A DNA stretch of 64,000 nt, taken from assembly GCA_030295235.1 (NCBI GenBank), contig AP026134.1, positions 1,178,001-1,242,000 on the forward strand, in the 5' to 3' direction. The notes beneath the pieces are model-generated. The model ran no database searches, was not told where the DNA came from, and worked only from the letters and a program-made list of their open reading frames with translations. Within the stretch, counting starts at the first letter, position 1; each line of letters begins with the position of its first letter. Positions 62,101 to 64,000 of the stretch are shown piece after piece. A program made the position numbers and the translations under genes. The stretch is from Fistulifera solaris (lineage: Eukaryota).

Positions 62101-62969
62101 TCAAATGACGTACGCGCAAGCATAACAGGACACACCTGCGGAACCATCCGCGCTGGTTGGAGTTCCGACACCAGCTTTGGATGATACACCTGGTGATGTA
62201 TTGGATGGACAAAGAGGCGCGACTGTAGATTGGGATTGAGTATTATCAAAGTAAACCTCGCAATAACCCCATGTTGTGCTTGCCCAGCCCACCGCTTTGC
62301 TTGTTGTGGCAGCTGCTTCACACTCGATTGCCAAAAGATTGCCGAAGCAGTAATCATATTTGGCTCCGTTTGCGCTAAGGCAATATCCAGTTTCCTCGAT
62401 TTTGGTATTGCATTTCTTTGGTATCTTCTGACAAGTGTAACAGAAGACACCGACATTTCCATCACCTTCTCTAGGGAATCCAACTCCAGTATTCAGTCCA
62501 TCGTTCGGAGCAAGTTTAGAAGGGCATAAGGAAGCTGGTTGGTTTTTAGAATCTTTCTCGTCAAAGTATATTTCACAATATCCCTCCGCATTTCTAGACC
62601 AACCGACTGCGGCTTTACTTGCTTCCGCTAGTTCTCGACATAGGCGTTCCGTTGCAGTACCGTAGCAATAATCAAACTCTTTGCCAGCTCCGTCTCGGCA
62701 GTATCCTTGCACATTGGACAGCCTTTTACTACAATCTTTCGTTTCAACATCTTTATTATCGGGTGATTCTCCATTGGATCGGGAAGGAACTGAACATGTT
62801 ACTTGCAGCTGACGCTCAAACAATCCAGTGGATACTACCGCTGTCGTCCACAAGACTGTCGAATAAAAACAAATTGAGAGACGAGTTTGAGTTAACAGTA
62901 CGTCTGCAATTAAATCACAGCGATCAACTCACAGAAGCTTGTCAAGCAGCGAATGCCATTCGTTTTCAT
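62101..62969 (-). CDS. Secreted cysteine-rich protein with two ~95-aa repeats
   Basis: Signal peptide assembled across intron 62932-62856 (MKTNGIRCLTSFFLWTTAVVSTG). Two repeats of GYC..G..(F/Y)DYC..C..AVGW..GYCE.YFD..CP..GVG.P..DG..GV.CY.C. Confidence 0.8.
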
Positions 62970-64000
62970 GACACGATATTGTTTACTCGGTATTTTCTGC
63001 AAGTTGCCGCAGCTGGGCGAGAAAATGGATGGTAGTGCCTGTCACTGGTTGACAATATTGCAAGTTGCAAGGCTAAGCCGCAATTCAGACGAATGATTAA
63101 TGATTGTCCGCTTGAAACTTGCAAAGGTGTCACGTGTCACGTGTCAGGTCCTTTCTTGTCCATCTCCTAGAGAGAGCAGAGAGTGAAAGTTGAGACGGTG
63201 AAATGTTGATAGAGTGGAAAAGCCATCGGCGAAGTAATGACATAAGGATCTGTGTTGAATCTTGCAGGTACTGTACCTGGTGTACAGGCCCAATAAAGGT
63301 TTCACGATTAACGATAGGATTGAAGTGGAAGTGTGGAGTGTGGGCTTCGATAATTGTCAGTTGTGACGTTTAACGGTTTCGGTTTATAGGAAATAGGGAG
63401 AGAGCCTCTAGCCTCTAGCCAGAGCCTCTAGAGTCTCTCTATCGCTGGTCGCTGGGGCAGCTAATCTTACCAAGCACGTAGTATTAAGGACTTATACGTC
63501 CTTACGTAGTATGTGACCACAAGCAGGCTGTTTAGACAGAAAAAACGGATGACTTGGGAGGCACCCAAACTAGACTTAAGAGTGAGATTAAAAAGACGAT
63601 ACATCGAATGGATCTGTCTGCTGTCTCGTAAAGCCTTGCGCCTAGTCAAGAACAAGGGGAGTGACGACTGAACTAAAACTCCGTAAAAAACCTTAGATCA
63701 TAGTTAGATACACTGCCCACGATTCGCGATGTTAGCGGTAGCAAACTACCGCGTTGCACATAATTGTTAGCTATTCAAAAGAATATGCCGGCTGTCAAGC
63801 AGAAATTGATTTATTAGCTCGCAAACACACCGAATATTTTCTTTTCTTTCATTTAAACCCAATTGCGGGGGGTCTTGCATGCATCTAGAAAGTCGGCTTC
63901 CCGTGATCCTGGTCGTGGATGATGATCATACTCCCATCGAGCAGTCTCCGGAAGGCTCATTAAAATACTTTCCGTGCGACCACCTGTCTTTAGTCCAAAG

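Noticed and set aside
63399..63440. Short GCCTCTA iterations and the tandem GTCACGT at ~63128-63146 as CRISPR-like or satellite arrays
   Set aside because: There are too few, too short units with no spacers, in a eukaryotic context; they are simple low-complexity or G-box-like sequence.

Overview
Gene-dense eukaryotic DNA, very probably a pennate diatom. The signs are ASAFAP-type bipartite plastid presequences, short GT-AG introns and a CoDi-type Copia element. About 22 host genes are readable, including TraB-domain, MATE, YEATS, GT23-like, cyclophilin, FabD, atlastin, ICMT, LRR, CSN7, soluble adenylate cyclase, PPIL4, TAF5, histidine phosphatase, VPS26 and a Cys-rich secreted protein, plus a subtilisin pseudogene. 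The most striking object is a very young 7.04 kb Ty1/Copia LTR retrotransposon (5640-12682, minus strand). It has non-canonical TA...TA termini, a chromodomain-like integrase tail, and a primer-binding site matching the anticodon arm (nt 27-40) of tRNA-Asn(GUU) instead of a tRNA 3' end. It sits inside one arm of an unidentified ~3.1 kb repeat whose inverted twin (47087-~50175) preserves the empty target site; the two arms bracket ~32 kb of host genes. Intergenic DNA repeatedly carries a TACCWGGTA palindrome and two other recurrent motifs. Many genes show single-base frameshifts in homopolymer runs, most likely long-read consensus errors. All calls were made by eye; no database searches were run.
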